NCBI GenBank assembly: GCA_947631765.1
Contig: CANRMP010000001.1
Span: forward strand, 139,587-203,586
DNA length: 64,000 nt
Origin: an uncultured Clostridia bacterium
GTDB taxonomy: Bacteria > Bacillota > Clostridia > Oscillospirales > CAG-272
Direction: 5' to 3'
In this document: in pieces, positions 19,380 to 28,403 of the stretch
Position numbering within the stretch: the stretch's first letter is position 1
Layout of the letters: every line of letters begins with the position of its first letter
Notes under the pieces: generated by a model
Told to the model about the DNA's origin: nothing
Seen by the model: the letters and a program-made list of their open reading frames with translations, nothing else
Database searches by the model: none
Position numbers and translations under genes: made by a program

Positions 19380-19691
19380 TTAAAGTGCGATGGACTGGAT
19401 TTGAACCTTTGTGTAAGGCTGTCTGTGACCTATTTTCTTCTTTTCGTTCTTCTTTGCTTTGTACTTAAAGACGTAGATCTTCTTAGCCTTGCCGTTCTTC
19501 AAGACGTTTGCAGTGACCGACGCGCCTTCAACATAGGGCGCACCGATGGAGGTTTCGCCGTCCTTGTTTACAACAAGAACCTTGTCGAATGTGACAGTGT
19601 CGTTTTCGGCAGCCTCGAGCTTCTCAACAAAAACGATATCGCCCTCGGTGACCTTGTACTGCTTACCGCCTGTTACGATAATAGCATACAT
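19380..19691 (-). CDS. rplU: 50S ribosomal protein L21
   Basis: Start at [18 protein letters not shown] (19691) with GAAAGGAA upstream. The track ORF start at 19733 is an over-extension. Confidence 0.95.
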   Translation of the reverse strand: MYAIIVTGGKQYKVTEGDIVFVEKLEAAENDTVTFDKVLVVNKDGETSIGAPYVEGASVTANVLKNGKAKKIYVFKYKAKKNEKKKIGHRQPYTKVQIQSIAL

Positions 19692-19788
19692 TTTCGGATA
19701 ATTCCTTTCATCATCGTACCTCAGAGGGTACAAAACTCGCTAAGTTTGGTCTGAGATACACTCAAGTTAGGCGCCAAACGTTATGCGG
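19692..19788 (-). ncRNA. Structured 5' leader of the rplU operon (L21-leader-like)
   Basis: A leader of about 100 nt lies between a consensus promoter and the SD. Nested helices can be drawn by eye: GTTTGG...CCAAAC enclosing TGAG...CTCA, then GTACC-CTCTGA-GGTAC. The position matches the Firmicutes L21 leader. No covariance model was run. Confidence 0.45.
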
Positions 19789-19794
19789 CATGAT

Positions 19795-19823
19795 ATTATA
19801 CCATATATAATACCGCTTGTCAA
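19795..19823 (-). promoter_or_regulatory. Consensus sigma-A promoter of the rplU operon
   Basis: On the minus strand: TTGACA, a 17-nt spacer, then TATAAT (plus-strand tgtcaa at 19818-19823 and attata at 19795-19800). Confidence 0.75.
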
Positions 19824-19867
19824 GGGTTTATATTCCGATTTTTTTCTTTTTCGAAGAAAAATTCAAA

Positions 19868-20728
19868 TTATTTTGAGGCAAGCGCCGCCTTTTTTGCCGC
19901 TGTAAGCGTGTTTTGAAGCAGCATTGTTATTGTCATGGGACCGACGCCGCCCGGAACCGGCGTTATAGCCGAGGCTATTTTTGAAACGCTTTCAAAATCC
20001 ACGTCTCCGCAGAGCTTTCCGTTTTCGTCCCTGTCCATTCCGACGTCGATTACAACCGCGCCTTCTTTTACCATGTCAGAGGTGACAAACTTGGCTTTGC
20101 CGATTGCCACAATAAGAATGTCAGCCCTTTTTGTGACCTCTTTGAGATTTTGCGTTTTGCTGTGACAAATAGTCACAGTGGCGTTTGCATGGAGCATGAG
20201 AAGCGCCATAGGCTTTCCGACTATGTTGCTTCTTCCTACAATCACACATTCCTTGCCGGCAATTTCGATGTTGCTTTCTCTGAGCAGTACCATAATTCCC
20301 GCGGGCGTGCAGGGCAAGAAGTCATAATCGCCGAGCACTATTTTTCCGACGTTTTGAACATGGAAGGCGTCAACGTCCTTGTCGGGGTCTATCCTTGCTA
20401 TGACCTTCTTTTCGTCAAGGTGACGGGGAAGGGGAAGCTGAACCAGTATTCCGTGTATTTCACTGTCGCTATTGAGCGCGTCGATAAGGGAGAGCAGCTC
20501 CCTTTCGGTCGTGCTTTCGGTCAGCTCGTATACTCTTGAAAGAAAGCCGACCTCAAGACATGCATTGTGTTTGTTTTTCACATAAACCTTTGACGCGGAG
20601 TCATCTCCTACAATGACCACCGCAAGCCCCGGGGCATACCCGTTTTCTTTTATAAAAAGCTCGGTCTCGGATTTTATTTTTGCCCGTTCCAAAGCCGAAA
20701 CGGCCTTTCCGTCTATAATATTACTCAT
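19868..20728 (-). CDS. folD: Bifunctional methylenetetrahydrofolate dehydrogenase / methenyl-THF cyclohydrolase
   Basis: Start at MSNIIDGKA (20728). Motifs PGLAVVIVGDDSASKVYVKNK, VQLPLP, GRSNIVGKPMA and PVPGGVGPMT. Confidence 0.95.
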   Translation of the reverse strand: MSNIIDGKAVSALERAKIKSETELFIKENGYAPGLAVVIVGDDSASKVYVKNKHNACLEVGFLSRVYELTESTTERELLSLIDALNSDSEIHGILVQLPLPRHLDEKKVIARIDPDKDVDAFHVQNVGKIVLGDYDFLPCTPAGIMVLLRESNIEIAGKECVIVGRSNIVGKPMALLMLHANATVTICHSKTQNLKEVTKRADILIVAIGKAKFVTSDMVKEGAVVIDVGMDRDENGKLCGDVDFESVSKIASAITPVPGGVGPMTITMLLQNTLTAAKKAALASK

Positions 20729-20760
20729 CTTATTCTCCCTTTTTAGCTGCAATTTTCTAT

Positions 20761-20789
20761 ATTATAAAGCAACCAAGCCGATTTGTAAA
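20761..20789 (-). promoter_or_regulatory. Candidate sigma-A promoter of folD
   Basis: On the minus strand: TTTACA, a 17-nt spacer, then TATAAT, ending about 30 nt upstream of the folD ATG. Confidence 0.55.
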
Positions 20790-21058
20790 GAGCTTTTAAA
20801 AATAAATACCGCACATAAATATAATTTTTTCACCTCTAACGCCGAAAAATGCCAAAGGTGGCGTAGTTAAGGTATATTTTTTAGTATTTAAAGGCGCTTT
20901 TTGCGTGTTTTTTCATCTTGCACAATTATGTATTGCTGCCCGCGACTGTTTTTATCGAATTTCCACAATATTTTTAAATTAATGTGCGTTTTTCCTATCC
21001 TTTTAAACCGAATTTTTGATATCATATATATAATCAAAAAACTATGGAGGTATATTAA

Positions 21059-22570
21059 ATGAACAAAATTATCGCGCTCTTTCTGTTGCTGGCGCTGGCG
21101 GTGACTACGGTTCCCTTTGTCGCCACGGCGGAAGATACGGCGGCGCAAGCCGAAGAACAGCCCGACGTAATAGAAACGACAATAGCGCTCGGTCCTCACG
21201 TCGGTGACTGGACTGTTGACAATAACACCTACAAGGTAGAGGGAAGCTTGCCCAAGGACGACCAACAGCTGTACGTTCTCGGAAACGCAACAGACGGTGA
21301 AGCGACCATTTCTTCTACTATCAACTCGAGTCGTGACAGAATCGGCTATATGTTCGGTATCACCAACTCCGTAAACTCAAGCACCAACAACAACAAAGCC
21401 GAGGTTGTAAAAAGAGATTCCTATTATCTTATTTGGTTCCGCGGAGACCAAGACAGAAAAGTTCAGATCTATCGCATTGAATCGGAAAATGAACAAAAAA
21501 AGGAGGAGATACAGTCCGGAGTAACCGCGGATACGTTTAAGCTCTCCGCAACATACAAGAAAACCGGCGGAAAGGTCGAAATATCGATTTCTATTGACGG
21601 CAAACCGCTCGTCACCTACACGGATGACAAGCCATTTGACGGTATGGGTTACGGCTTAGCAACCCGCGCACAAAACGGCGACAGAGTTTGGACAGACGTT
21701 CAATACTCGGGTCAGGGCGCAGCGCTCACAGACAACGAGCTTGCCTCTCTTAAAGCAAAGGAGGACAGCAAGCTCACATATGTGAAAGGCTCGGGCTCAA
21801 CATACAATCTGAAAAACTCTAACGGTAACACCGAAGTATACGGCGCCAATTTCAACCCTGATAACCTATTCGGAGTCGGAACCGAGCCGCGCTTCTTTGC
21901 CCAATCCAAAGGCGAGGGCGGCAGCACGCTTTCTACGATCACATGGGAAATGGCTGAGGGTATTCCCGCATATTTCGTTATTAACACCCATACCGGAAGT
22001 ACCAGCGGTCGCTATGCAAAGTGGTTCAAGCTCTACGCTTCAAATACAAATGACGACAGCAGCTGGGATCTTATCGCCGCGTCCTTCAATATAGGTCTTG
22101 ATAAAGACAACGCGACGCTTGGAATCAAAACCACCGCCGACAAGGCGTACAGATATTATAAGTTTGAATTTGTACCGGCTACCGGCGGCTTCTACCAGGT
22201 AGCAAGCTTTGAGCTTTACACCGATTCCGGAGAGCAAACTCTCAGCCATTCGGATAATTCCGCAAACTGCACGTTCTTCTATCAGGTAAGCAATACCAAC
22301 GGCTCAAACTACAGAATTATCGGACTTATCAAGGAAGGATACGTTCCCACCTGCAAGGGCGTTACAATTACATTTACAAATGCAGACGGGCAAACCAGAT
22401 CGAAAACGTTCGGAATTGACGACACGCTGACAGTCTATGAGACAATAGAAGGCACGTCCGGAGGCAAAACGGTTACATACAAAGCATGTAGCGGCTCATA
22501 CATCTTCGGATGGGTTATAACCGGTGTGGAAGATGGATATTTCCCCACAGCGGCAGTAGTTGTAGAGTAA
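21059..22570 (+). CDS. Secreted hypothetical protein (lectin/LamG-like N-domain, discoidin-like central domain)
   Basis: Signal peptide MNKIIALFLLLALAVTTVPFVATA. Beta-rich throughout. YRYYKFEF...FYQVASFELY resembles an F5/8 type C signature. No catalytic motif recognised. Confidence 0.5.
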   Translation: MNKIIALFLLLALAVTTVPFVATAEDTAAQAEEQPDVIETTIALGPHVGDWTVDNNTYKVEGSLPKDDQQLYVLGNATDGEATISSTINSSRDRIGYMFGITNSVNSSTNNNKAEVVKRDSYYLIWFRGDQDRKVQIYRIESENEQKKEEIQSGVTADTFKLSATYKKTGGKVEISISIDGKPLVTYTDDKPFDGMGYGLATRAQNGDRVWTDVQYSGQGAALTDNELASLKAKEDSKLTYVKGSGSTYNLKNSNGNTEVYGANFNPDNLFGVGTEPRFFAQSKGEGGSTLSTITWEMAEGIPAYFVINTHTGSTSGRYAKWFKLYASNTNDDSSWDLIAASFNIGLDKDNATLGIKTTADKAYRYYKFEFVPATGGFYQVASFELYTDSGEQTLSHSDNSANCTFFYQVSNTNGSNYRIIGLIKEGYVPTCKGVTITFTNADGQTRSKTFGIDDTLTVYETIEGTSGGKTVTYKACSGSYIFGWVITGVEDGYFPTAAVVVE

Positions 22571-22587
22571 TAGGAGGTATTTGTATA

Positions 22588-22722
22588 ATGAAGCTTGAAT
22601 ACGAAGCCCCCGTCGCCGAAATCGAAGTCTTTGAGACTGAGGATGTTCTTGCAATATCAATCGCTCCGAAGGGTGAAAAAGGAAAACTGACTCCTATCAC
22701 CTGGGATGACTTTATTCAGTAA
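22588..22722 (+). CDS. 44-aa acidic microprotein (MKLEYEAPVAEIEVFETEDVLAISIAPKGEKGKLTPITWDDFIQ)
   Basis: TAGGAGGT lies 9 nt upstream of the ATG at 22588, which is 17 nt after the preceding stop. A strong terminator follows directly. No signal peptide and no Cys. Confidence 0.5.
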   Translation: MKLEYEAPVAEIEVFETEDVLAISIAPKGEKGKLTPITWDDFIQ

Positions 22723-22734
22723 TTTATAGCATTT

Positions 22735-22759
22735 CAAACCGCCCTTTTCGGGCGGTTTG
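22735..22759. terminator. Bidirectional terminator between convergent genes
   Basis: Stem CAAACCGCCC - TTTTC - GGGCGGTTTG, followed by TTCTGCTT. It lies between the microprotein stop (22722) and the stop of the giant minus-strand gene (22784). Confidence 0.8.
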
Positions 22760-22783
22760 TTCTGCTTATATACGAAAAAATGA

Positions 22784-25700
22784 TTATTGGCGCTTGATTT
22801 CGCTGATATCTATGGTGTGAAGGCTGTTGTCAAAATAGAATTCGCCCTCATACGGCATTTTGTCAAGGCAGGTAAGATTTTTATCTGACAGCGAAGCCGA
22901 AATAATGAATTTTGATGCTCCCTTTGTATAGCTCATTTTAAACGCGGGAAAAGCTGCGCACAATTTAGGTCGGATTGTGAAGCGGTCGCCGCAGTCCTTA
23001 AGCCCTATGACAAAGTTAAGATACAGCATATAAAATATTCCGAGAAACGAAGGGTCGCTTTCCGCATAGGAAGGGCATAGCAAGACCAGCTTTGAAACAG
23101 CCTTGTTAAAGCTTCCCTCAAAGATGAGGCGGCATATTTCAAGCATCGGGTCGTTTGATGATAAAAAGGACTCTCTATCGATACTCGGGATATCAAGTCG
23201 CTCGTTCATTTGTCGGCATACCGGCTCGTACATCTTGCAGACAAGATATTTGATAAGTCTTGATATATCCGAATCATTGCCGTAATTTTCAATTGCCCTT
23301 ATTCCGTGCATGTAGACGCTTTCTTTTATCGTGCCGTCAAAATAGGGTATTTTTTCTTTGAGAAATTCGACATCTCCGCTTGTCCTGAAATACTCGGCTA
23401 TTGCGGCGGAAAGGATAATGCCGTCACTGCCGCTCTTTTCAAAAGAGGCGGCGTATTCGATAATTGTTTCTTTGAAGAGCTCGGGGTTTGTGACCGAGAG
23501 AACCGGAAAGCCGTATATGCGCTTGTCAACTTCCTCGCAAAGACCCGAGAAAAATTCGGGTATTCTGTGGCAAACCAAGTGGTCACATTCTTTTAAAGGG
23601 CTGTATATTATAATGCTCGGTCGGTCTGCCACAGGTCCCTCACAGCCGGAAGGGCAGGAGTATTTTTCGTTTGCCGCGTAGAATATCCGAGGCGACTTGT
23701 CATACAGCCCTACAATAATAATTTGCTTGTCTGCGCCCTTACAGGGCTTTGAGACAAATAAGGTGTGCTCTGAGTAAAATCCGCGCCATACCGAGCGATA
23801 AAGCAGGGAGCCTTGCTCTTGTATGCATTTGCAAAGTCTCGGGTCGGACTCCATAGAAAAGGGAATAAGGTCAAGCGCGGCTTCAACCCTCTCGCCGCAC
23901 ACCCTTATTACGAGTACTTGAAGCTCATCGTCAATAAAAATCTCGCACCTTATATCGCACCCCTCAATTTGCCCCACAAAGCTTACAAGATTGTCGCTTT
24001 TTTCTATTGTGTGGCAGGAGGCTAAAAGGTCGTACTTGTTGCCCTTGACAAGCACGCACAGCCGCATAAAGCATGTCAGCGGGTGTGAGTTTTGATAAAG
24101 GGCGATAAGGCGGCTGCTTGAAAGCTTAATTTGCATTTTGCGCCCGAGGCAAAAGTCAATTTCGCACGGCAATAATTCTCTGTAAAAGACCGCCTTTGAG
24201 CTTGTCAAACAGCCGTATGCGGTTTTGTGGGAAGAGGGCAAAGCGTTGCGGGAGGGAGGCGCACACCTAACTACAAGAGTCGGCTCTATCTCTCTTATTT
24301 GATTTAAAACGCTGCGAAAATAACACTCGGGGGAGAGAAAATCCTTGTCGCTGATAAACATTGCCGAAAACGCTTCAAGGGCGCTTGTACTTTGCTCGTC
24401 GTAATCTAAAATAAGGTCGTTTGGCAAAAGCATGGGGCGCACTTTTTCTTTTGTCTCCTCATTTTTGCAAATGACAAAAAGCTTTAGGTGAATTCCCGTC
24501 AAAGACAGTTCATTTACCGCACGGGAAAGGGAAGAAACAAGGGTAATATTGCGTAAATCAGAAGGACACAGGGCGCATACATAGCTAAAGGCGGCGCAGT
24601 CGAATTTTTGGAGCTCCATAGGGCTTACGTCGGGAAGGTCTCTGACCGCTCCCGCCTTAAAGAGAAGAGCGGCAAGCAGTGCTTCCTTTTCCATTACCCG
24701 CCGATAGGTTTTATTATAAGCTTTGCAGCTTTGGAACCGAGAGAGCGCCTCTTTTTCGTTTTCGGCAACGCCGACATAAAACGAGCATCTGAAAATTCCG
24801 TCGGGACATTCCTCAAATACACCGATTTTATAATTATCTCCTTCTTTAGATACGGCGGCGCTGTTAAAGGAGGTGAAAATTACGGTTTTATCGGGAGTTT
24901 GCAAAATAAAGCGGTCATCTTTTATTTTTATATCCTCCTTTGAGCAAAATTCAAGGCAGGCGTTTATTCTGCAAAACGCACCTTTGACGGTAAGAGATAT
25001 TTCGCAAAAGGGCGGCCCCTTCGGCTTTATTATTTTGGCGCTTGATACAATATCACTATGATTTGAAAGGTATTCCGTACATTCGTCGCTGTAGTAAAAC
25101 TCCCCTTCAAAGGCGGCAAAATGCGCCCTTTCGGTGGAAAAGGTCAGCTTTACCGAATTTGCGGTATCTTTCATGTCATATTCTTTAAAGCAGTTTGCTG
25201 TCAGCTCTTTACCCTCTGAAAGAAACATGAGATGACCGCATGAGGAGGCAAAAAAAGAGAGCGATTTATCTCCCGTGGCACAAAGGCTCGGGACAGCGTA
25301 TTTGAGCTTTTTGTCGTCTTTCGGCTTGTCGGTTTTCATAATAAGCTCGGATACCTTGAATTTCGCAAATGACCTTACGCCCTCGGCGCGAAGAAGGTAA
25401 AGATACGGGTTTGCATATTTGCTCCGGCAAAATCTCCTGACAAACACATTGTCGCATGAGTAGTTTGCCGTGGCGACCACCGACATACAAAGGTGTAAGA
25501 GATTGTAGCACCGCACCACGGTTTTCTCGGCGCAGGTGAAATCCACAGCCTCATAAAAGCCGTATTTTCCGAGTGCTTTTTCCTTTCTGAAGTTAAAAAG
25601 AAGAGCCATTGAGGATATTTTAAAGTGCGTCAGGAAAAGAAATGCGGCGTACGGGGAGTATATCTCTTTGCCGATAACTCCCGCATAAGAGAGCTTTTCA

Positions 25701-28351
25701 ATTCCGTTTTCAGAAAAAATATAGTTCATGTTGTTGTCAAGTCTTCCGGTGTGGCAGGAGGTGACTCCCCACAGCCCTCTTTTTGAATAGGCGATATTTT
25801 TTCTGAATACCTTGCTTACAGTGCGCGAAAACAACGTGTCGGGGAAAAGAGGCAAAAACAGGAAGGGGAGCATATAGCTCATGGCGCTTCCGGTTTCGGA
25901 CAGGATTTTAAGCGTCGGGTCAATTTGCAAAAAGTCTTTCTTTTTTGCCGCCGAGGCGAAAAAAGCGGCGGGAAGAGTAGAAATACTCGTCATTTGACCC
26001 CTGTCGCAAGCTCTTGTAATATCAAAGCCTTCAATAAGCCTTTCGCACCTTGCAATTAATATGTCGTCCTCGGGCAATACCTCCCTAAGCCCTTCGTAAA
26101 GGCATATAAGGCAGGTTAAAAGATTCCCGTTTTCTTCGGCAAGAATTGCTTTTGCCCCCGTGGGCGAAAGGGCTTTGACAAAATAGCGGTCATAATACAG
26201 ACCGTAAGAGGTCGGGAGGCGCTCAATAAAAGAAAGCGTATCGGCGATTATCGGATAGCAGGCGGCAACCCGCTCTTTTCCGAGGTCGCAAAACGCCAAA
26301 AGCGAGGTGAGATACAGTCCAAGCTCAGTAGGAGTTATTTCTCTTTCTGTCTCTTTTAAGGGCAAGGCTACGAGTGCGCCATTGCCCACAATGAAATCAT
26401 GCGCGCCGTTTATATGTTTTTCAAGCAGTTTTTGGGGAGTCGGCTTATTTTGTCTTTTGTACATTCCGCCAAGATACAGCACAAAAAGAGGAGCTATAAG
26501 CCAAGTAAGCGCTATATACGGCAAAATATTAAGTCCTAAAAAGACAATACCGCATCCGAGCGCCGACAGCGTGAAAGCGAAAAAATGCTTTGCGCTGTCT
26601 TTTTCCTGCTTTTTCTCGCTTTTTTTCAAAACAATTGCCCCGAAGGCGCAAAACAGACTTTCAAAAAATAAAAAGGGAATAAGAGACACTGCACAGAACG
26701 CCGCAATAATAAAGTCGCATGCAAATGCCAAGCCTTTGCGATTTTCACCCTTTGCAAAGGCAAAACAGATATCTTTTATTATGCCGAAATACGGGATAAA
26801 GCAGAGCAAAAGGGCAAGAAGGTGACACAGGGCAAAAAGATTTAATGCATTTGAAAAAATCAGCAAAAGAAACGCCATTATAGGCGAAAGAGCCGAAAGT
26901 GCCTCGCAAAGCCTTGCCTGTATCAAGCCTTTTTCGCAATTAATAGAGAACTGGGGAAACGAAGGAATACTTTTTCCAAGGTCAAGGGAGGAGGCTTTAA
27001 CGTATGCCTGCGCATGCTCTGTGTACCCGTAGTTCAGCCGCTCTTCTATTTCATCCTCGGGCATTGAGCGCTTGATAAGCAGTGCAAAGGCGATATTGTC
27101 GAAAATGACCGGCGACGATTGTGAATGGCTTTCGTGAAGCGAAATGCGCGAAAATGGCGAGTGCTTTTGCGGAATATAAGCCTTGACTTTTCCGAAAATC
27201 ATTCCCCTTCCGCCGCAAAGCCGGTCTTTTTCAATAATCGGGCGGTTTTGCTTGTGGCTCATTGCCTTAATAAGAGCTTTTATGCATCCCGCGGACGGCT
27301 CACATTCATAGGGAAGAAACAGGGTGTAGGCTGTCACTCCTGTCGCACCTGCGCCTAAAAGGCTGTCAAAAGAGGAGTCGGCGCTTACTATGTCCTGCAT
27401 GTGCGAATAAATGTCACGCGCACAGCAAAAGCGCTTTTTCTCGGGTATATACTGCCTTTTAGGCAGGTAAAAACAAAATCTGTCCCCGTATTTTTTAACA
27501 AGCCTTTCATGCTCGTGCTCAAGCCTTGTAATAATGGCAGAGTCGTCGGGACCTGTAAGACTGCGGCTGTCAGGCAATGTGAGTATTGCCCCATATACAA
27601 GGCTTTTGTCGTCATTTTGAGCTATAAGGCGTTCAAAATAGCGGTAGATTTTGTCGACCCTTGAGCTTTCAATTAATGTTACAACAAGGGTTTTCGGCAG
27701 GTCCTCTATATTTGAGCAGGGGACAAAGCTTCTGCCGTACACTTTCTCAAAGACTCCGGATATAATTGCAAGAACAGGTAAAAAAGAAACCGCGACCGCC
27801 AAAGGAGACCCCAATAAAAGCCCAATCAGCGCACAAATAAAAAGCGCGCTTATCGGAAATACTTTTCGCCTTTTTTTAGAGGTCAGCCCGCAATCGTCTT
27901 TGAGCGAAAAAAGCGCGGCGCCGTCTGTGGCGCTTATCTTGTGAAATGCACAATAGCGCATAACCTTGCGCCTGATTTCGCTTCTTGTTTCGGGAGCTGA
28001 CGTGCGGTATACACTGTTATTTTCAAGTATGCCGCATACCCTTGACAGCAAAGAATAAAGCTCTTCATAGTCGTAGTCAAGGTACAAATTAATGACGTCT
28101 CGTACCTGTTTTGTGCAGACAAGACCGCCTTTTATCGCCCTTTTATATATTTTTTCGACAAACTCGCGCGTTTTGAATATTCCCGCCTCGTCGGTGATAT
28201 TTTCCTTTGCCAAGAGCTTTGCAAGTTCCCGAGGCTCTAAGGTATAATTATTTTCCAAAAGCAGTTTTTCAATTGTTTTGTAATACCTGCCGCGTTTCTC
28301 TCCGGAAAAAAACATAAAAATGTTTCTCCTTTCAGCTTTTGGGGAGAACAC
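22784..28351 (-). CDS. Giant (1855 aa) polytopic membrane protein with a cyclic beta-1,2-glucan synthase-like layout (GT84-like domain and glucan-processing domains)
   Basis: Layout is 2 TM, then a cytoplasmic GT-like block (LVVTLIESSRVD...YGAILTLPDS), then 4-6 TM, then about 1200 soluble residues. The soluble part contains GLWGVTSCH and YGFYEAVDFT, which resemble the GxWGISES and YGFYEAxDYT strings of NdvB/Cgs proteins. This assignment is from memory of motifs only. The start could be 28351 or 28315. Confidence 0.55.
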   Translation of the reverse strand: MFSPKAERRNIFMFFSGEKRGRYYKTIEKLLLENNYTLEPRELAKLLAKENITDEAGIFKTREFVEKIYKRAIKGGLVCTKQVRDVINLYLDYDYEELYSLLSRVCGILENNSVYRTSAPETRSEIRRKVMRYCAFHKISATDGAALFSLKDDCGLTSKKRRKVFPISALFICALIGLLLGSPLAVAVSFLPVLAIISGVFEKVYGRSFVPCSNIEDLPKTLVVTLIESSRVDKIYRYFERLIAQNDDKSLVYGAILTLPDSRSLTGPDDSAIITRLEHEHERLVKKYGDRFCFYLPKRQYIPEKKRFCCARDIYSHMQDIVSADSSFDSLLGAGATGVTAYTLFLPYECEPSAGCIKALIKAMSHKQNRPIIEKDRLCGGRGMIFGKVKAYIPQKHSPFSRISLHESHSQSSPVIFDNIAFALLIKRSMPEDEIEERLNYGYTEHAQAYVKASSLDLGKSIPSFPQFSINCEKGLIQARLCEALSALSPIMAFLLLIFSNALNLFALCHLLALLLCFIPYFGIIKDICFAFAKGENRKGLAFACDFIIAAFCAVSLIPFLFFESLFCAFGAIVLKKSEKKQEKDSAKHFFAFTLSALGCGIVFLGLNILPYIALTWLIAPLFVLYLGGMYKRQNKPTPQKLLEKHINGAHDFIVGNGALVALPLKETEREITPTELGLYLTSLLAFCDLGKERVAACYPIIADTLSFIERLPTSYGLYYDRYFVKALSPTGAKAILAEENGNLLTCLICLYEGLREVLPEDDILIARCERLIEGFDITRACDRGQMTSISTLPAAFFASAAKKKDFLQIDPTLKILSETGSAMSYMLPFLFLPLFPDTLFSRTVSKVFRKNIAYSKRGLWGVTSCHTGRLDNNMNYIFSENGIEKLSYAGVIGKEIYSPYAAFLFLTHFKISSMALLFNFRKEKALGKYGFYEAVDFTCAEKTVVRCYNLLHLCMSVVATANYSCDNVFVRRFCRSKYANPYLYLLRAEGVRSFAKFKVSELIMKTDKPKDDKKLKYAVPSLCATGDKSLSFFASSCGHLMFLSEGKELTANCFKEYDMKDTANSVKLTFSTERAHFAAFEGEFYYSDECTEYLSNHSDIVSSAKIIKPKGPPFCEISLTVKGAFCRINACLEFCSKEDIKIKDDRFILQTPDKTVIFTSFNSAAVSKEGDNYKIGVFEECPDGIFRCSFYVGVAENEKEALSRFQSCKAYNKTYRRVMEKEALLAALLFKAGAVRDLPDVSPMELQKFDCAAFSYVCALCPSDLRNITLVSSLSRAVNELSLTGIHLKLFVICKNEETKEKVRPMLLPNDLILDYDEQSTSALEAFSAMFISDKDFLSPECYFRSVLNQIREIEPTLVVRCAPPSRNALPSSHKTAYGCLTSSKAVFYRELLPCEIDFCLGRKMQIKLSSSRLIALYQNSHPLTCFMRLCVLVKGNKYDLLASCHTIEKSDNLVSFVGQIEGCDIRCEIFIDDELQVLVIRVCGERVEAALDLIPFSMESDPRLCKCIQEQGSLLYRSVWRGFYSEHTLFVSKPCKGADKQIIIVGLYDKSPRIFYAANEKYSCPSGCEGPVADRPSIIIYSPLKECDHLVCHRIPEFFSGLCEEVDKRIYGFPVLSVTNPELFKETIIEYAASFEKSGSDGIILSAAIAEYFRTSGDVEFLKEKIPYFDGTIKESVYMHGIRAIENYGNDSDISRLIKYLVCKMYEPVCRQMNERLDIPSIDRESFLSSNDPMLEICRLIFEGSFNKAVSKLVLLCPSYAESDPSFLGIFYMLYLNFVIGLKDCGDRFTIRPKLCAAFPAFKMSYTKGASKFIISASLSDKNLTCLDKMPYEGEFYFDNSLHTIDISEIKRQ

Positions 28352-28403
28352 AAAAACGCCTTCCCCATAATACTTAAAATATTATGAGGAAGGATTTGAA
28401 AAA

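Noticed and set aside
20729-20900. A possible THF or other riboswitch upstream of folD.
   Set aside because: A good promoter (TTTACA-17-TATAAT) ends only about 30 nt before the ATG. That leaves no room for an aptamer.
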